Assembly: GCA_963663385.2 (NCBI GenBank)
Contig: CAXXXD010000004.1
Span: 800,001-864,000, forward strand
DNA from: Oceanispirochaeta sp.
GTDB lineage: Bacteria; Spirochaetota; Spirochaetia; DSM-2461
Direction of reading: 5' to 3'
Length of the DNA: 64,000 nt
The notes below the pieces were generated by a model. That model worked only from the letters and a program-made list of their open reading frames with translations. It was not told the DNA's origin and did not search any database. Positions 46,459 to 56,345 of this stretch are shown here, one piece after another. A program made the translations under genes and the position numbers. Position 1 is the stretch's first letter, and each line of letters begins with the position of its first letter.

Positions 46459-47940
46459 ATGAAGAAAGTAAATCGTATCAAGGGGTTGGCCCTCGTTTTG
46501 TTTCTGCTGGTTTCTTCAGCAGTAATCGGGGAAGGTCAGAAGGAAGCAGCAGAGGCTGTTGTGGAAGAGTCTGTCAGTCCGGCTAAATATGTCTTCCTTT
46601 TTATCGGAGATGGAATGGCAATGCCCCAGATCAATGCGGCTGAAGCCTATCTGAATGAGAAAAACGGTTCCGCCATCGGCGTAAAGCAGCTGAATTTTAC
46701 CCGGTTTCCTGCTCAGGGGCTGACAACAACCTATGACGCCGGATCTTTCATCACCGATTCCGCTTCAGCCGGTACTGCTATTGCCACCGGTAACAAGACC
46801 CTCTCCGGCGTTATCAACATGGATGTTTCCAGGACCATTGAATACCCGACCATTGCGGAAATGGCAAAAGCCGCCGGTAAAAAGGTCGGTATCATCTCTT
46901 CGGTAGACCTGGATCATGCCACTCCTGCCTGTTTCTATGCTCATCAGCCCACAAGAAACAATTACTACGAAATTGGAGTACAGGCTGTTAACTCGGAGGT
47001 AGACTACTTCGGCGGCGGCAACTTCAGATTGGGAAAAACTCCCGAAGGAAAACCTGCTGTTCACGATCTGATGGCAGAAGCCGGATGGACCATGGCCGGC
47101 AGTAAATCTGATCTGAACAGTCTCGGTGCGGGAACTGAAAAAGTCTATGCCTACACCAAAGGCTTTACCGGAGATGCTCTTCCCTACGATCTGGACAGAA
47201 CGGATGATGAAATCTCTCTGGCTGAGTTTACTGCCAAAGGTATTGAACTGCTGGATAACGAAGAAGGTTTTTTTATTATGGTGGAAGGGGGAAAAATAGA
47301 CTGGGCCTGCCATGCGAACGATGCCGCTTCCTCCATCCATGATACTATTGCTTTTGACAATGCTGTGGCAGAAGCCATCCGGTTTTACAATCGGCATCCC
47401 GATGAAACTGTGATTATTGTAACCGGAGACCATGAAACCGGAGGACTGGCGCTTGGATTCGCCGGAACAAAATATGATTCCGCTTTCGAAAAAATCGACG
47501 GACAGAGTATGTCTTACGAAGCTTTTGATGAATACGTGATTGCTCCCTACAAGGCAAGTCACAGTGCTGCGGATGCCAGACTATCCGATCTGATACCCGA
47601 AATCCGGAAGGCCTTCGGAGTTTCCGAGTTCTCGGATCTGGAAATGAAAAAACTGGAAGATGCGTTTGCTCAGTCCATGATGGACAAAGGTTCCAGAGAT
47701 TCCAGTGAGGAAGCATACCTTCTGTACGGTGGATACGAGCCGCTTTCGGTTACTCTGACTCACATTATGAATCAGCAGGCCGGTCTGGCATGGACTTCCT
47801 ACTCCCATACCGGAGTACCTGTTTCAACCTTCGCCATAGGCGTAGGACAGGATATGTTCAACGGATACTATGATAATACTGACATTTTTAAAAAAGTGTC
47901 TGAAATCATGGGGCTGAATGCCAAAGTCGCTATGAAATAG
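46459..47940 (+). CDS. alkaline phosphatase (PhoA type)
   Basis: FIGDGM, TDSASAGTA, HATPA, VEGGKIDWACHAND, TGDHETGG, HTG. Confidence 0.95.
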   Translation: MKKVNRIKGLALVLFLLVSSAVIGEGQKEAAEAVVEESVSPAKYVFLFIGDGMAMPQINAAEAYLNEKNGSAIGVKQLNFTRFPAQGLTTTYDAGSFITDSASAGTAIATGNKTLSGVINMDVSRTIEYPTIAEMAKAAGKKVGIISSVDLDHATPACFYAHQPTRNNYYEIGVQAVNSEVDYFGGGNFRLGKTPEGKPAVHDLMAEAGWTMAGSKSDLNSLGAGTEKVYAYTKGFTGDALPYDLDRTDDEISLAEFTAKGIELLDNEEGFFIMVEGGKIDWACHANDAASSIHDTIAFDNAVAEAIRFYNRHPDETVIIVTGDHETGGLALGFAGTKYDSAFEKIDGQSMSYEAFDEYVIAPYKASHSAADARLSDLIPEIRKAFGVSEFSDLEMKKLEDAFAQSMMDKGSRDSSEEAYLLYGGYEPLSVTLTHIMNQQAGLAWTSYSHTGVPVSTFAIGVGQDMFNGYYDNTDIFKKVSEIMGLNAKVAMK

Positions 47941-47972
47941 GTAATTGAATCCGCTTTGTTGAAAAGATGGAG

Positions 47973-47999
47973 AGGCCCCGGTTTTATACCGGGGCTTTT
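47973..47999 (+). terminator. intrinsic terminator
   Basis: GCCCCGGT-loop-ACCGGGGC followed by TTTT. Confidence 0.7.
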
Positions 48000-48034
48000 G
48001 CCTCTTGAAAGAGCCTCTAACAGGAGTTTATTTA

Positions 48035-49243
48035 ATGATATTTGCCCTCGAAACTGTAAAAAAACGGGATGTCGTTTTTGTTCTTGTCATCTCTGTCCTG
48101 GTGCTGATCCTATCCCTTGTCCCCACAGGGTTTAAGGAAAAAAAATCCCCCTTGTCCATGACGGTGCGTGGAAAGGTATTAAATGCTGACAATTCGGATG
48201 TACAGCAGTTCGGAATTGTCAAGCAGGGTGATCAGGGTGTTACCATCGAAGTTCTGAACGGTCCCTTTAAAGGGGAACAGGTAGACGCCAACAATATGCT
48301 TATCGGAAAACTGGAGCTGGATAAATTTTTCAAACCGGGAGATGTTGCCCTGGTTGTTCTGGATCTGAATCCTGAAAAAAACAGAATCCTTTATGCTTCG
48401 GTGATCGATCATTACAGATTGGGGGTGGAGACTATTCTTCTGGCCCTTTTCGGTGGTATTCTGATCCTGTTTGCCGGTTGGACCGGCATGAAAGCTATTG
48501 TCTCCTTTGCTTTTACCGCTGTTATGATCTGGCGGATTATGCTTCCCCAGTTCCTCAATAACTGGAATCCCATTCTGCTTTCTCTGGGAGTTGTTTCCAT
48601 CCTTACAGGGGTGATTATTTTTCTTATAGGGGGATTTAACAAACGGGGCGGCGTTGCATTCCTCGGGGCTTTTCTCGGAATCCTTCTGACCTGCGTGTTA
48701 TCCCTTATTTTTGGAGCGTTTTTTAACATACACGGTGCGGTCAGGCCTTTTTCTGAAACCCTGCTGTATTCAGGTTTTCCTCATCTGGATCTGCGGGCTA
48801 TTTTTCTGGCCGGGATATTCCTTGCTTCCAGCGGAGCTGTTATGGATATTGCCATGGATATTGCCGCCTCAATGAACGAAATCTATCAGAAACATCCGGA
48901 TATATCCCGCAGGGAACTGCTTAACTCCGGTATAAATGTGGGCCGGGCTGTGATAGGAACCATGACGACAACCCTGCTTCTGGCTTATACCGGCGGATAT
49001 ACCTCCATGTTTATGGTTTTTATTGCCCAGGGGACACCGACGGTCAATGTACTCAATCTTACTTATGTTTCTTCAGAAATCCTCCACACCCTGGTGGGCA
49101 GTTTCGGGCTGGTGCTGGTCGCTCCTCTTACGGCCGTCGCCGGGGCTGTGCTCTACCCGATGCATTTTAAAAATAGTGAAACTTTGAAATCCGGGAAAAC
49201 ATTAAAGGACTCCTCCGAAGACAGGAAGCTTCGTTATTCGTGA
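48035..49243 (+). CDS. YibE/F family membrane protein
   Basis: GAVMDIAMDIA, GRAVIGTMTTTLLLAY.G, EILHTLVGSFGL...PLTA. Confidence 0.88.
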   Translation: MIFALETVKKRDVVFVLVISVLVLILSLVPTGFKEKKSPLSMTVRGKVLNADNSDVQQFGIVKQGDQGVTIEVLNGPFKGEQVDANNMLIGKLELDKFFKPGDVALVVLDLNPEKNRILYASVIDHYRLGVETILLALFGGILILFAGWTGMKAIVSFAFTAVMIWRIMLPQFLNNWNPILLSLGVVSILTGVIIFLIGGFNKRGGVAFLGAFLGILLTCVLSLIFGAFFNIHGAVRPFSETLLYSGFPHLDLRAIFLAGIFLASSGAVMDIAMDIAASMNEIYQKHPDISRRELLNSGINVGRAVIGTMTTTLLLAYTGGYTSMFMVFIAQGTPTVNVLNLTYVSSEILHTLVGSFGLVLVAPLTAVAGAVLYPMHFKNSETLKSGKTLKDSSEDRKLRYS

Positions 49244-49381
49244 TCCTGCTGATATTTCAGGCCGGGCTGTTCAATAATCTTTACAGCTGATTTTGCAAAT
49301 TGAAGTTGTCAGACCTTGCTCTGCGGAGCAAATGGCTCTATAATTATCTGATCAATCAGTCAAGAAATATAGAGGGGTGCT

Positions 49382-51625
49382 GTGAAAGCCTGTTTTAGAA
49401 ATGATGCCAGACAGAAGGTGTGTGGAGAGGCCCGCTTCGGTGACGATCTCCGTTTTCATGGGATGGTTCATGCCGTACCGGTATATACGGATTTTGTTCA
49501 TGCCGGTAACCTTTCCCTCGATACGGAAGAGGCTGCTGCCATGCCGGGGGTTCTGGCGGTTCTGACCTGGGTAGATGTTCCGGGTGAATTAACCGCCGGT
49601 CAGATTAATCAGGACTACCCGATCCTGGTGAAAGACCGGATCCGGTCAAACGGAGATGTGGCTGCCATCGTTGTGGCGGAAACACGAAAGCAGGCTCTGG
49701 CTGCTTCGGAAAAAATACATATGAAGGCTGATCCTCTTCCGCTTGTGCTTGATACGGAACTTGCTCTGAATCCGGATGCGCCCGTTATCCCCGAAGGGAA
49801 AGATAGTAACCTGGTAAACCGGCATATCGTCAGGAGAGGGGAGCCGGAGACAGCTCTTGCCGCCAGTTCTTTTGTGATTGAGCAGCGTTTCGAAACCCCC
49901 CTTGTGGAACATGCCTACCTTGAGCCTGAATGCGGGGTCTGTGTCCCCCGGGAGGACGGGGTTCTGGAAATTTACGGATCCATGCAGCATCCCTTCAGTA
50001 CCAGGCGGTTTGTCTGCGCCTATCTGGGGAAACCCCTTACATCGGTTGTCTGCTTTTCCCATGCGGTGGGGGGGAGTTTCGGCGGAAAGGACGATACGGC
50101 CTCTGTTGTCTGCGCCCGGGCTGCCCTGGCCGCTTTAAAGCTGAAAAGACCTGTGAAAATGCTCTATTCCCGGGAATGGTCCATGCGGGAGAGTTATAAA
50201 CGAGTGCCCTATAAAATGGATTATAAAGTGGGTTTTAATGAAGAGGGCCGTCTGACCGGTGCGGTAAGCCGGACCCTGGGGGATTCCGGAGCGTATACTT
50301 CCACAACTCCCTGGTCCACCTGGCGTTCCACGGTGCAGAATATCGGTCCCTACAGAGTGGATCATATCCGGGGGGAAGTCCTCGGTGTGGCTACCAATAA
50401 TGTATTTACCGGTGCCTTCAGGGGATTCGGTTCCCCCCAGACCAATTTTGCGATTGAACAGATTATGGATATGGCAGCAGAGAAACTGGGCATTACTCCC
50501 CTGGAAATTCGGAAAAGGAACGCGGTCGTACAGGACTCGGTCACCATAACCGGGCAGAAACTGGATGACCATACGGTGAGCCTGATTGAAGTTATGGAGA
50601 AAACGGCGGCCGCAGCGGAATTTGAAAAGAACTATGCCCGCTGCTCCCGCGGAAAGGGAAACAAGTGGTATGGCATCGGTATGGCCGCTTCCTACCGGGG
50701 CTGCAGCGTGGGGGCGGAAGCCATGGATTTCTGCTGTGCTTCCGTAAATATTCAATTTGACGGTTCTATCCTGCTGGATACGGCCGTATTTGAAAACGGT
50801 CAGGGGGCTCCCAGCGCTATGATGCTGATTGCCGCGGAAGAACTGGGTGTTCCCGTCGAGGCTATCCAATATCAGGAGTCATCCACTGCCTCCATCCCGG
50901 ACGGCGGAACAACCGTTGCATCCCGGGGAACTCTTGTGGGGGGCGGGGCTATCAAGGATGCCATGTCCAGATTGAAACCTCTTCTGGCGGAAACCCTCTG
51001 CCCTCTGATAGCCGAGTCGCCGGACCAGATCTCTTTTCATGATAACCGGGTCTGGGGGAGCGACAGCAGGTCTCTCAGCTGGCCGGAAGTGGGGCGGCAG
51101 ATGTATCTGGCCAGGGTTTACCCCTTTGCTTTCGGTTCCTTTCAGGCTCCCCGGGTCAGCTGGGATGAAGAGAACGGCCAGGGAACCGCCTACTTTTCCT
51201 ATGTTTACAGTTGTCAGGCTGTGGAAGTGGAAGTGGATCCTGTAAAAGGCAGCTGCCGTCTGTTGAATATTGTTGCAACCCACGATATCGGGAAAGCGAT
51301 TAATCCTCCCATGGTGGAGGGGCAGATTCACGGAGGAGTGGTTCAGGGGGCCGGCATGGCCCTGACCGAAGATTTTCTGGTGGAAGAGGGGAAGGTGAAA
51401 TCCCTCAACTTTTCGAAGTATAAAATTCCCCGAATGACCGATATTCCTGAAATAACAACACAGATTGTTGAGAACCCGGATCCTCTCTCTCCGACGGGAG
51501 CCAAGGGAATAGGTGAACCAGCTCTGGAAATTATAGCCCCGGCTATTGCCAATGCCATTGCGGCAGCAACAGGAAGGCGTTTTACCTCACTGCCCATCAA
51601 TCTGAAAAAGGAGTTCGCATCCTGA
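49382..51625 (+). CDS. xanthine dehydrogenase family molybdopterin-binding subunit
   Basis: HAYLEPE, GGSFGGK, AFRGFG, GQG, TVASRG, KGIGEP. Confidence 0.93.
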   Translation: MKACFRNDARQKVCGEARFGDDLRFHGMVHAVPVYTDFVHAGNLSLDTEEAAAMPGVLAVLTWVDVPGELTAGQINQDYPILVKDRIRSNGDVAAIVVAETRKQALAASEKIHMKADPLPLVLDTELALNPDAPVIPEGKDSNLVNRHIVRRGEPETALAASSFVIEQRFETPLVEHAYLEPECGVCVPREDGVLEIYGSMQHPFSTRRFVCAYLGKPLTSVVCFSHAVGGSFGGKDDTASVVCARAALAALKLKRPVKMLYSREWSMRESYKRVPYKMDYKVGFNEEGRLTGAVSRTLGDSGAYTSTTPWSTWRSTVQNIGPYRVDHIRGEVLGVATNNVFTGAFRGFGSPQTNFAIEQIMDMAAEKLGITPLEIRKRNAVVQDSVTITGQKLDDHTVSLIEVMEKTAAAAEFEKNYARCSRGKGNKWYGIGMAASYRGCSVGAEAMDFCCASVNIQFDGSILLDTAVFENGQGAPSAMMLIAAEELGVPVEAIQYQESSTASIPDGGTTVASRGTLVGGGAIKDAMSRLKPLLAETLCPLIAESPDQISFHDNRVWGSDSRSLSWPEVGRQMYLARVYPFAFGSFQAPRVSWDEENGQGTAYFSYVYSCQAVEVEVDPVKGSCRLLNIVATHDIGKAINPPMVEGQIHGGVVQGAGMALTEDFLVEEGKVKSLNFSKYKIPRMTDIPEITTQIVENPDPLSPTGAKGIGEPALEIIAPAIANAIAAATGRRFTSLPINLKKEFAS

Positions 51626-52101
51626 TGTCTGAAATAACTGTAAATGGCAATACATATGTCCTCAGCCCCGAACAGGAAGAGCTTTCTCTACTGGACTATC
51701 TCAGGGAAGAGCTTGATCTGGTGGGTACTAAAAACGGCTGCGGTGAAGGAACCTGCGGGGCCTGCACTGTTCTGATGGATGGAAAAGCTGTCCGGTCCTG
51801 CCGTACAAAAATGGCAAAAGCCGCAGGTAAGTCTGTTCTGACAATAGAAGGTCTTAAAGGGGAGAACGGATCACTTCACCCCATGCAGCAGGCCTTTATC
51901 GATGCCGGAGCCGTGCAATGCGGGTTCTGTACCCCCGGGATGATTATGCAGTCCCTGGATCTGATTGCGAAAAATCCCGATCCCTCACGGGAGGAGATCA
52001 GGGTGGCCATGCGCGGCAACCTCTGCCGCTGTACGGGGTATCAGAAAATTGTCGATGCGGTTGAGCTGGGCGCCCGGAAGATGAGAAACGCCGGAGAATG
52101 A
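51625..52101 (+). CDS. [2Fe-2S] subunit (CoxS/XdhC type)
   Basis: GCGEGTCGAC, QCGFCTPG, NLCRCTGY. Confidence 0.95.
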   Translation: MSEITVNGNTYVLSPEQEELSLLDYLREELDLVGTKNGCGEGTCGACTVLMDGKAVRSCRTKMAKAAGKSVLTIEGLKGENGSLHPMQQAFIDAGAVQCGFCTPGMIMQSLDLIAKNPDPSREEIRVAMRGNLCRCTGYQKIVDAVELGARKMRNAGE

Positions 52102-52103
52102 TT

Positions 52104-52148
52104 GTTAAGAATTCTTAACTTGTGAAATAGATATGCGGATTTTATCAT
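52104..52148 (+). promoter_or_regulatory. 16-bp palindrome adjacent to a sigma70 promoter
   Basis: GTTAAGAATTCTTAAC (52104-52119) then TTGTGA-N17-TATCAT. Confidence 0.5.
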
Positions 52149-52215
52149 TACTCTGAGTCCCTTTCGTGTTTACTAATAAGGTAAAAGCTGCCCGAAGGGA
52201 CCGGAGGAATGTATA

Positions 52216-53508
52216 ATGAGCGAATCTTCAAAGAAAAAAGGAATCCTTTCCCGGTATTTCAATACGAACCTGCTGCTTCGTATTTTAACCGGACTTATCC
52301 TGGGTGCCGTTGCCGGTATTGTTTTCGGACCTTCTGTTGCTGTGATTCAGCCTCTTGGAAGCGTACTGGTAAATCTCCTTAAAATGATTGTAATGCCCCT
52401 TATTCTGACATCCCTCGTTGTAGGTGCCGCCAGTATTCAGCCCAGGGAGCTGGGCAAAATAGGTATCCGAATCTTTGTCTATTATATGCTGACTTCAGCC
52501 CTGGCCGTAACGATCGGTCTTCTGGCTGCCAATATCTTTCATCCCGGTGCCGGGCTGCAGCTGGCTGCTTCCGTCGATGCCGCCGGTAAGGAACTGACTC
52601 AGCCCAGGTTTCTGGAAACCCTGCTGGCTATTATTCCCAAGAATCCCTTTGGTGCTCTGTCCCAGGGGCAGGTTCTTCCCATTATCTTTTTTGCCCTGGT
52701 ATTCGGAATCGGAATTTCCACTGTACGGAACTCGGATGATCAGAGGCTTCAGAAAAGCGGCGAAACCCTCTTCCGTATATTCGACGGAGCCGCAGAAGTC
52801 ATGTATGTGATTGTCCGCTGGATCCTTGAATATGCGCCTATCGGTGTATTTGCCCTGATTGCGGTTGTTTTCGGTAAACAGGGGGCCAGCGCTTTCGGTT
52901 CCCTCGGACTAGTCACTCTGACCACATATGCGGGATTTATCTTTCAGATTGCTCTGGTATACGGTGTCTTCCTCATTATCAACAAGCTTGGCTACCTGAC
53001 TTTCTTCAAGGGAGCCCGGGAAGCCATGATTACCGCTTTTGTCACCAGAAGTTCCAGTGGTACCCTGCCTGTTACCATGCGGAATATGAATGAAAATCTG
53101 GGGGTTCCCAAAAAAATATCATCCTTTACGCTGCCACTGGGAGCAACAATCAATATGGACGGGACTGCCATCTATATGGGTGTCTGCGCTCTGTTTATTA
53201 CAAATGCGGTTGGTATGGACCTGAGCCTGGCTCAGCAGTTCAATATTATTCTGACAGCCGTTCTGGCTTCTATCGGTTCGGCCGGGATCCCCGGCGCCGG
53301 TGCCATAATGCTTCTGATGGTTCTGAACTCTATCGGTATTACCATCGAGGCAGGGTCCGCCGTTGCGGCAGCCTATGCCATGATTCTTGGAATTGATGCC
53401 CTATTGGATATGGGGCGCACCATTACCAATGTAACCGGTGATATGGTCGGTACCATACTGGTTTCAAAGGGTGAAAAAGAGCTGGATCTTGCCATGTGGA
53501 AAAAGTAG
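52216..53508 (+). CDS. dicarboxylate/amino acid:cation symporter (GltT/GltP family)
   Basis: AFVTRSSSGTLP, PLGATINMDG, ASIGSAGIPG, DMGRTITNVTGD. Confidence 0.94.
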   Translation: MSESSKKKGILSRYFNTNLLLRILTGLILGAVAGIVFGPSVAVIQPLGSVLVNLLKMIVMPLILTSLVVGAASIQPRELGKIGIRIFVYYMLTSALAVTIGLLAANIFHPGAGLQLAASVDAAGKELTQPRFLETLLAIIPKNPFGALSQGQVLPIIFFALVFGIGISTVRNSDDQRLQKSGETLFRIFDGAAEVMYVIVRWILEYAPIGVFALIAVVFGKQGASAFGSLGLVTLTTYAGFIFQIALVYGVFLIINKLGYLTFFKGAREAMITAFVTRSSSGTLPVTMRNMNENLGVPKKISSFTLPLGATINMDGTAIYMGVCALFITNAVGMDLSLAQQFNIILTAVLASIGSAGIPGAGAIMLLMVLNSIGITIEAGSAVAAAYAMILGIDALLDMGRTITNVTGDMVGTILVSKGEKELDLAMWKK

Positions 53509-53535
53509 TCCGGTTTTACCTGATTTCTGAAACGA

Positions 53536-53563
53536 GGCCTGTCGGGGAGTTCCGGCAGGTTTT
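53536..53563 (+). terminator. probable intrinsic terminator
   Basis: GCCTGTCGG-loop-CCGGCAGGT followed by TTT. Confidence 0.55.
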
Positions 53564-53635
53564 ATACAACTACCCGCAGATTCCGGTCTCGGTCTCTAAT
53601 CTTTTCAGAACAGGCTCTGGTCTCTGGAGTTTCAT

Positions 53636-54664
53636 CTATTTCAGGACAAGGCAGTCTTCCGGTTTGACATGCCATGAAATGGTATCTTTCAAATTGTACT
53701 GTATGCTGTCCCGATTTTTGATTTTTACGATCCCCTCTCCGGCAGCAGCTTCCAGGTATTGAAAGTCTCCGCCGTATTCCGCATAAACGATCCGGCCCTC
53801 TCCGGAGATACTCTTTTCTGTGAAGCCAGTCATTATCCGGCAATCCTCCGGGCGGAAATAAATATAATTCCCCCGGCCGGTCTGTGCAGGGAGATCTATG
53901 GTTCCGATACCGGTATTATGCCTGATCATACCATCCGCCTTTTCTTCGAAGCTTTTTACGGGGATCATATTGGCGCTTCCGATAAAGCTTCCTGCAAAGG
54001 CGTTATCCGGTCTGGAATAGAGGTCGGAGGGTTTTCCTGTCTGGCTGATCCGGCCCCGGTCCATCAGAACAATGCGGTCGGAGATGGCCATGGCTTCTTC
54101 CTGGTCATGGGTCACATAGACGGCTGTAATACCTGTCTGCTGCTGAATCTCCCGGATCTGCCGCCGCAGAGAACGGCGGAGCTGGGCGTCCAGAGCACTC
54201 AAAGGTTCATCCAGCAGGAGAAGATCGGGTGTGCCCGCCAGGGCTCTTGCCAGGGCTACCCGCTGTTTCTCTCCCCCTGAAAGTTCTTCGATCCTTCTTT
54301 TTTCATACCCTTCCAGTTGAACCATTTCCAGAAGTTTCCGGGTTCGGTTTACTGCTTCCGGTCCTTTTTCTTCCATTCCGTAACAGATGTTTTTCTGAAT
54401 ATTCATATGGGGAAAGAGGGCGTAGTCCTGAAATACCATGCCGATTTTTCTGTACCGGGGATCCAGCGGTGTGACATCTCTTTTCCCCAGAAAAATTTTC
54501 CCCATATCAGGGTAGTGGAGTCCGGCTATGATCTTCAGCAGGGTCGTTTTACCGCATCCGCTGGGCCCCAGCAGAGTGACCAGCTCTCCCGAGTTTACCT
54601 TCAGGTCAGCCTCCAGGGAAAAATCATCCAGGCAAATTCCTACATTTTGAATAGTTAAATCCAT
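53636..54664 (-). CDS. thiQ: ABC transporter ATP-binding protein (thiamine)
   Basis: GPSGCGKTT, LSGGEKQR, LLLDEP; in the riboswitch-led operon. Confidence 0.85.
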   Translation of the reverse strand: MDLTIQNVGICLDDFSLEADLKVNSGELVTLLGPSGCGKTTLLKIIAGLHYPDMGKIFLGKRDVTPLDPRYRKIGMVFQDYALFPHMNIQKNICYGMEEKGPEAVNRTRKLLEMVQLEGYEKRRIEELSGGEKQRVALARALAGTPDLLLLDEPLSALDAQLRRSLRRQIREIQQQTGITAVYVTHDQEEAMAISDRIVLMDRGRISQTGKPSDLYSRPDNAFAGSFIGSANMIPVKSFEEKADGMIRHNTGIGTIDLPAQTGRGNYIYFRPEDCRIMTGFTEKSISGEGRIVYAEYGGDFQYLEAAAGEGIVKIKNRDSIQYNLKDTISWHVKPEDCLVLK

Positions 54665-54665
54665 T

Positions 54666-56342
54666 TCAGTTCTCCCATCCCTCAAAAGCATCAATCAGGG
54701 TAAAGGCCAGCAGGCATATCCCTATCAGTATGGTTCCCAGTGCACAGGCGCTGAAGAATCTGTATGTACCAATCAGCCTGAGAATGGCAATCGGTATGGT
54801 TGTGATCCCCGCATCCGAGAGGATCAGTGTGGCGTTAATTTCTCCCAGTGAAATGGCAAAAGCAAAAGCCCCGCCGCTGATCAGACCCGGCCGGATCAGG
54901 GGGAGTTCAATGGTTAAAAATCGTTTGAAACTTCCCGCTCCCATCATACGGGCCGCATCCAGCAGATCCTGCCGGATCCTCCTCATGGCAGGCGTGAGGC
55001 TCCTGAGAACAAACGGGAGGGCTATGACCGTATGGGCGCAGACAATGCTGATACGGGGAGGAAGATAGTTCAGAGCTTCATTCCTCATAAGCCACAGGTA
55101 GCCGATTCCGAGCACTACTGCCGATACGCCCATGGGCATCATAATCACCGATTCTGTCAATCCCGGGTATTTCAGCTTATGCCGTGATAATACCCAGGCC
55201 GTATAGGAGCCGATAATCAGGGTTAAACCCAGTGTTACAGACGCAATGCCCAGGCTGTTTCTGACTGCTTCGGCCAGAAGAGCCGCTCCGGAAAGCCCGC
55301 CGGGGGGGGCGAGCATCTCTTTGTACCAGCGCAGGGACCATACGGCCGGTCCCGTTCGGGTTGTCCTGACCAGAAAGGACTGGAAAATCACAGTCAGGAT
55401 GGGCCCCAGAATTATAAAAAAAACAGGAACCAGGTAGAGAAGGGAGCCTGCCAGTCTGGACTTGGAGAGTTTCCGCCAGGAAATCCGGGTGCGGATAACC
55501 GACTCCCTGTGAACATTATTCTGCTCCGTTCTGATATAGAAATAGGTGAGAAAGAGGGTTGCTGCTGTTTCCACCAGAGCCAGAGCCCCTCCTCTCCCGA
55601 AATCCAGGGAGTATTTTATAAGGCGGTAGACCTCCACTTCCAGGGTGGAGTAGCGGGGCCCGCCTCCCAGAACAAGGATAACCGCAAAACTCATAAAACA
55701 GTAGAGGAATATGAGGGAGGCGGCGCTGAGGAGGCCCGGAAGAAGCTGGGGAAGGGTCACGGTCCGGAATATTCTTATCCTTGAAGCTCCCAGGGTCAGG
55801 GCCGCCTGAGTCTGATTTTCCGGCAACCCCTGCCACCAGGCGGCTGTCAGACGAAGGGCAATGGGAAAATTGTAGAAAATATGGGCAAGAAGGATGGCTT
55901 TGAAAGAGTAGAGCACATCCAGAACGGGAGCGTCCGTATTCATCAACCCCGACAATACTTTGTTAACCACTCCCTGACGTCCCCAGAAGAGGATGAATCC
56001 CAATACGACCAGAATGGAGGGGAGTATAAAGGGGATAGTGGTCAGGGCTTTTACAACTCTCTTTCCAGGAAAATCCACATGCGACAGGAGCCAGGCTCCC
56101 GGCAATCCCGCCAGCAGGGAGAGAAGGGTGCTGAGCACCGCCTGGTAAAAAGTAAAAAGGAAGACCCGCCGGTAATAGGGTGAAGTTAAAAGTTCCTTCA
56201 TCCACTCCAGGGTCCAGCCTTCATTCCCCTGTAAACCCCGTACAAGGAGTACTATGACAGGAAGGTAGAAGGTAAGGCCGAGGAGTGCCAGAACGGGGAG
56301 GAGCCTGAGCTCTCCCCGGAAGGGTACGGCGGGTTTATTCAT
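54666..56342 (-). CDS. thiP: thiamine ABC transporter permease
   Basis: FTFYQAVLST, duplicated permease halves, VILVLGGGPRYSTLEVE. Confidence 0.88.
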   Translation of the reverse strand: MNKPAVPFRGELRLLPVLALLGLTFYLPVIVLLVRGLQGNEGWTLEWMKELLTSPYYRRVFLFTFYQAVLSTLLSLLAGLPGAWLLSHVDFPGKRVVKALTTIPFILPSILVVLGFILFWGRQGVVNKVLSGLMNTDAPVLDVLYSFKAILLAHIFYNFPIALRLTAAWWQGLPENQTQAALTLGASRIRIFRTVTLPQLLPGLLSAASLIFLYCFMSFAVILVLGGGPRYSTLEVEVYRLIKYSLDFGRGGALALVETAATLFLTYFYIRTEQNNVHRESVIRTRISWRKLSKSRLAGSLLYLVPVFFIILGPILTVIFQSFLVRTTRTGPAVWSLRWYKEMLAPPGGLSGAALLAEAVRNSLGIASVTLGLTLIIGSYTAWVLSRHKLKYPGLTESVIMMPMGVSAVVLGIGYLWLMRNEALNYLPPRISIVCAHTVIALPFVLRSLTPAMRRIRQDLLDAARMMGAGSFKRFLTIELPLIRPGLISGGAFAFAISLGEINATLILSDAGITTIPIAILRLIGTYRFFSACALGTILIGICLLAFTLIDAFEGWEN

Positions 56343-56345
56343 CGA

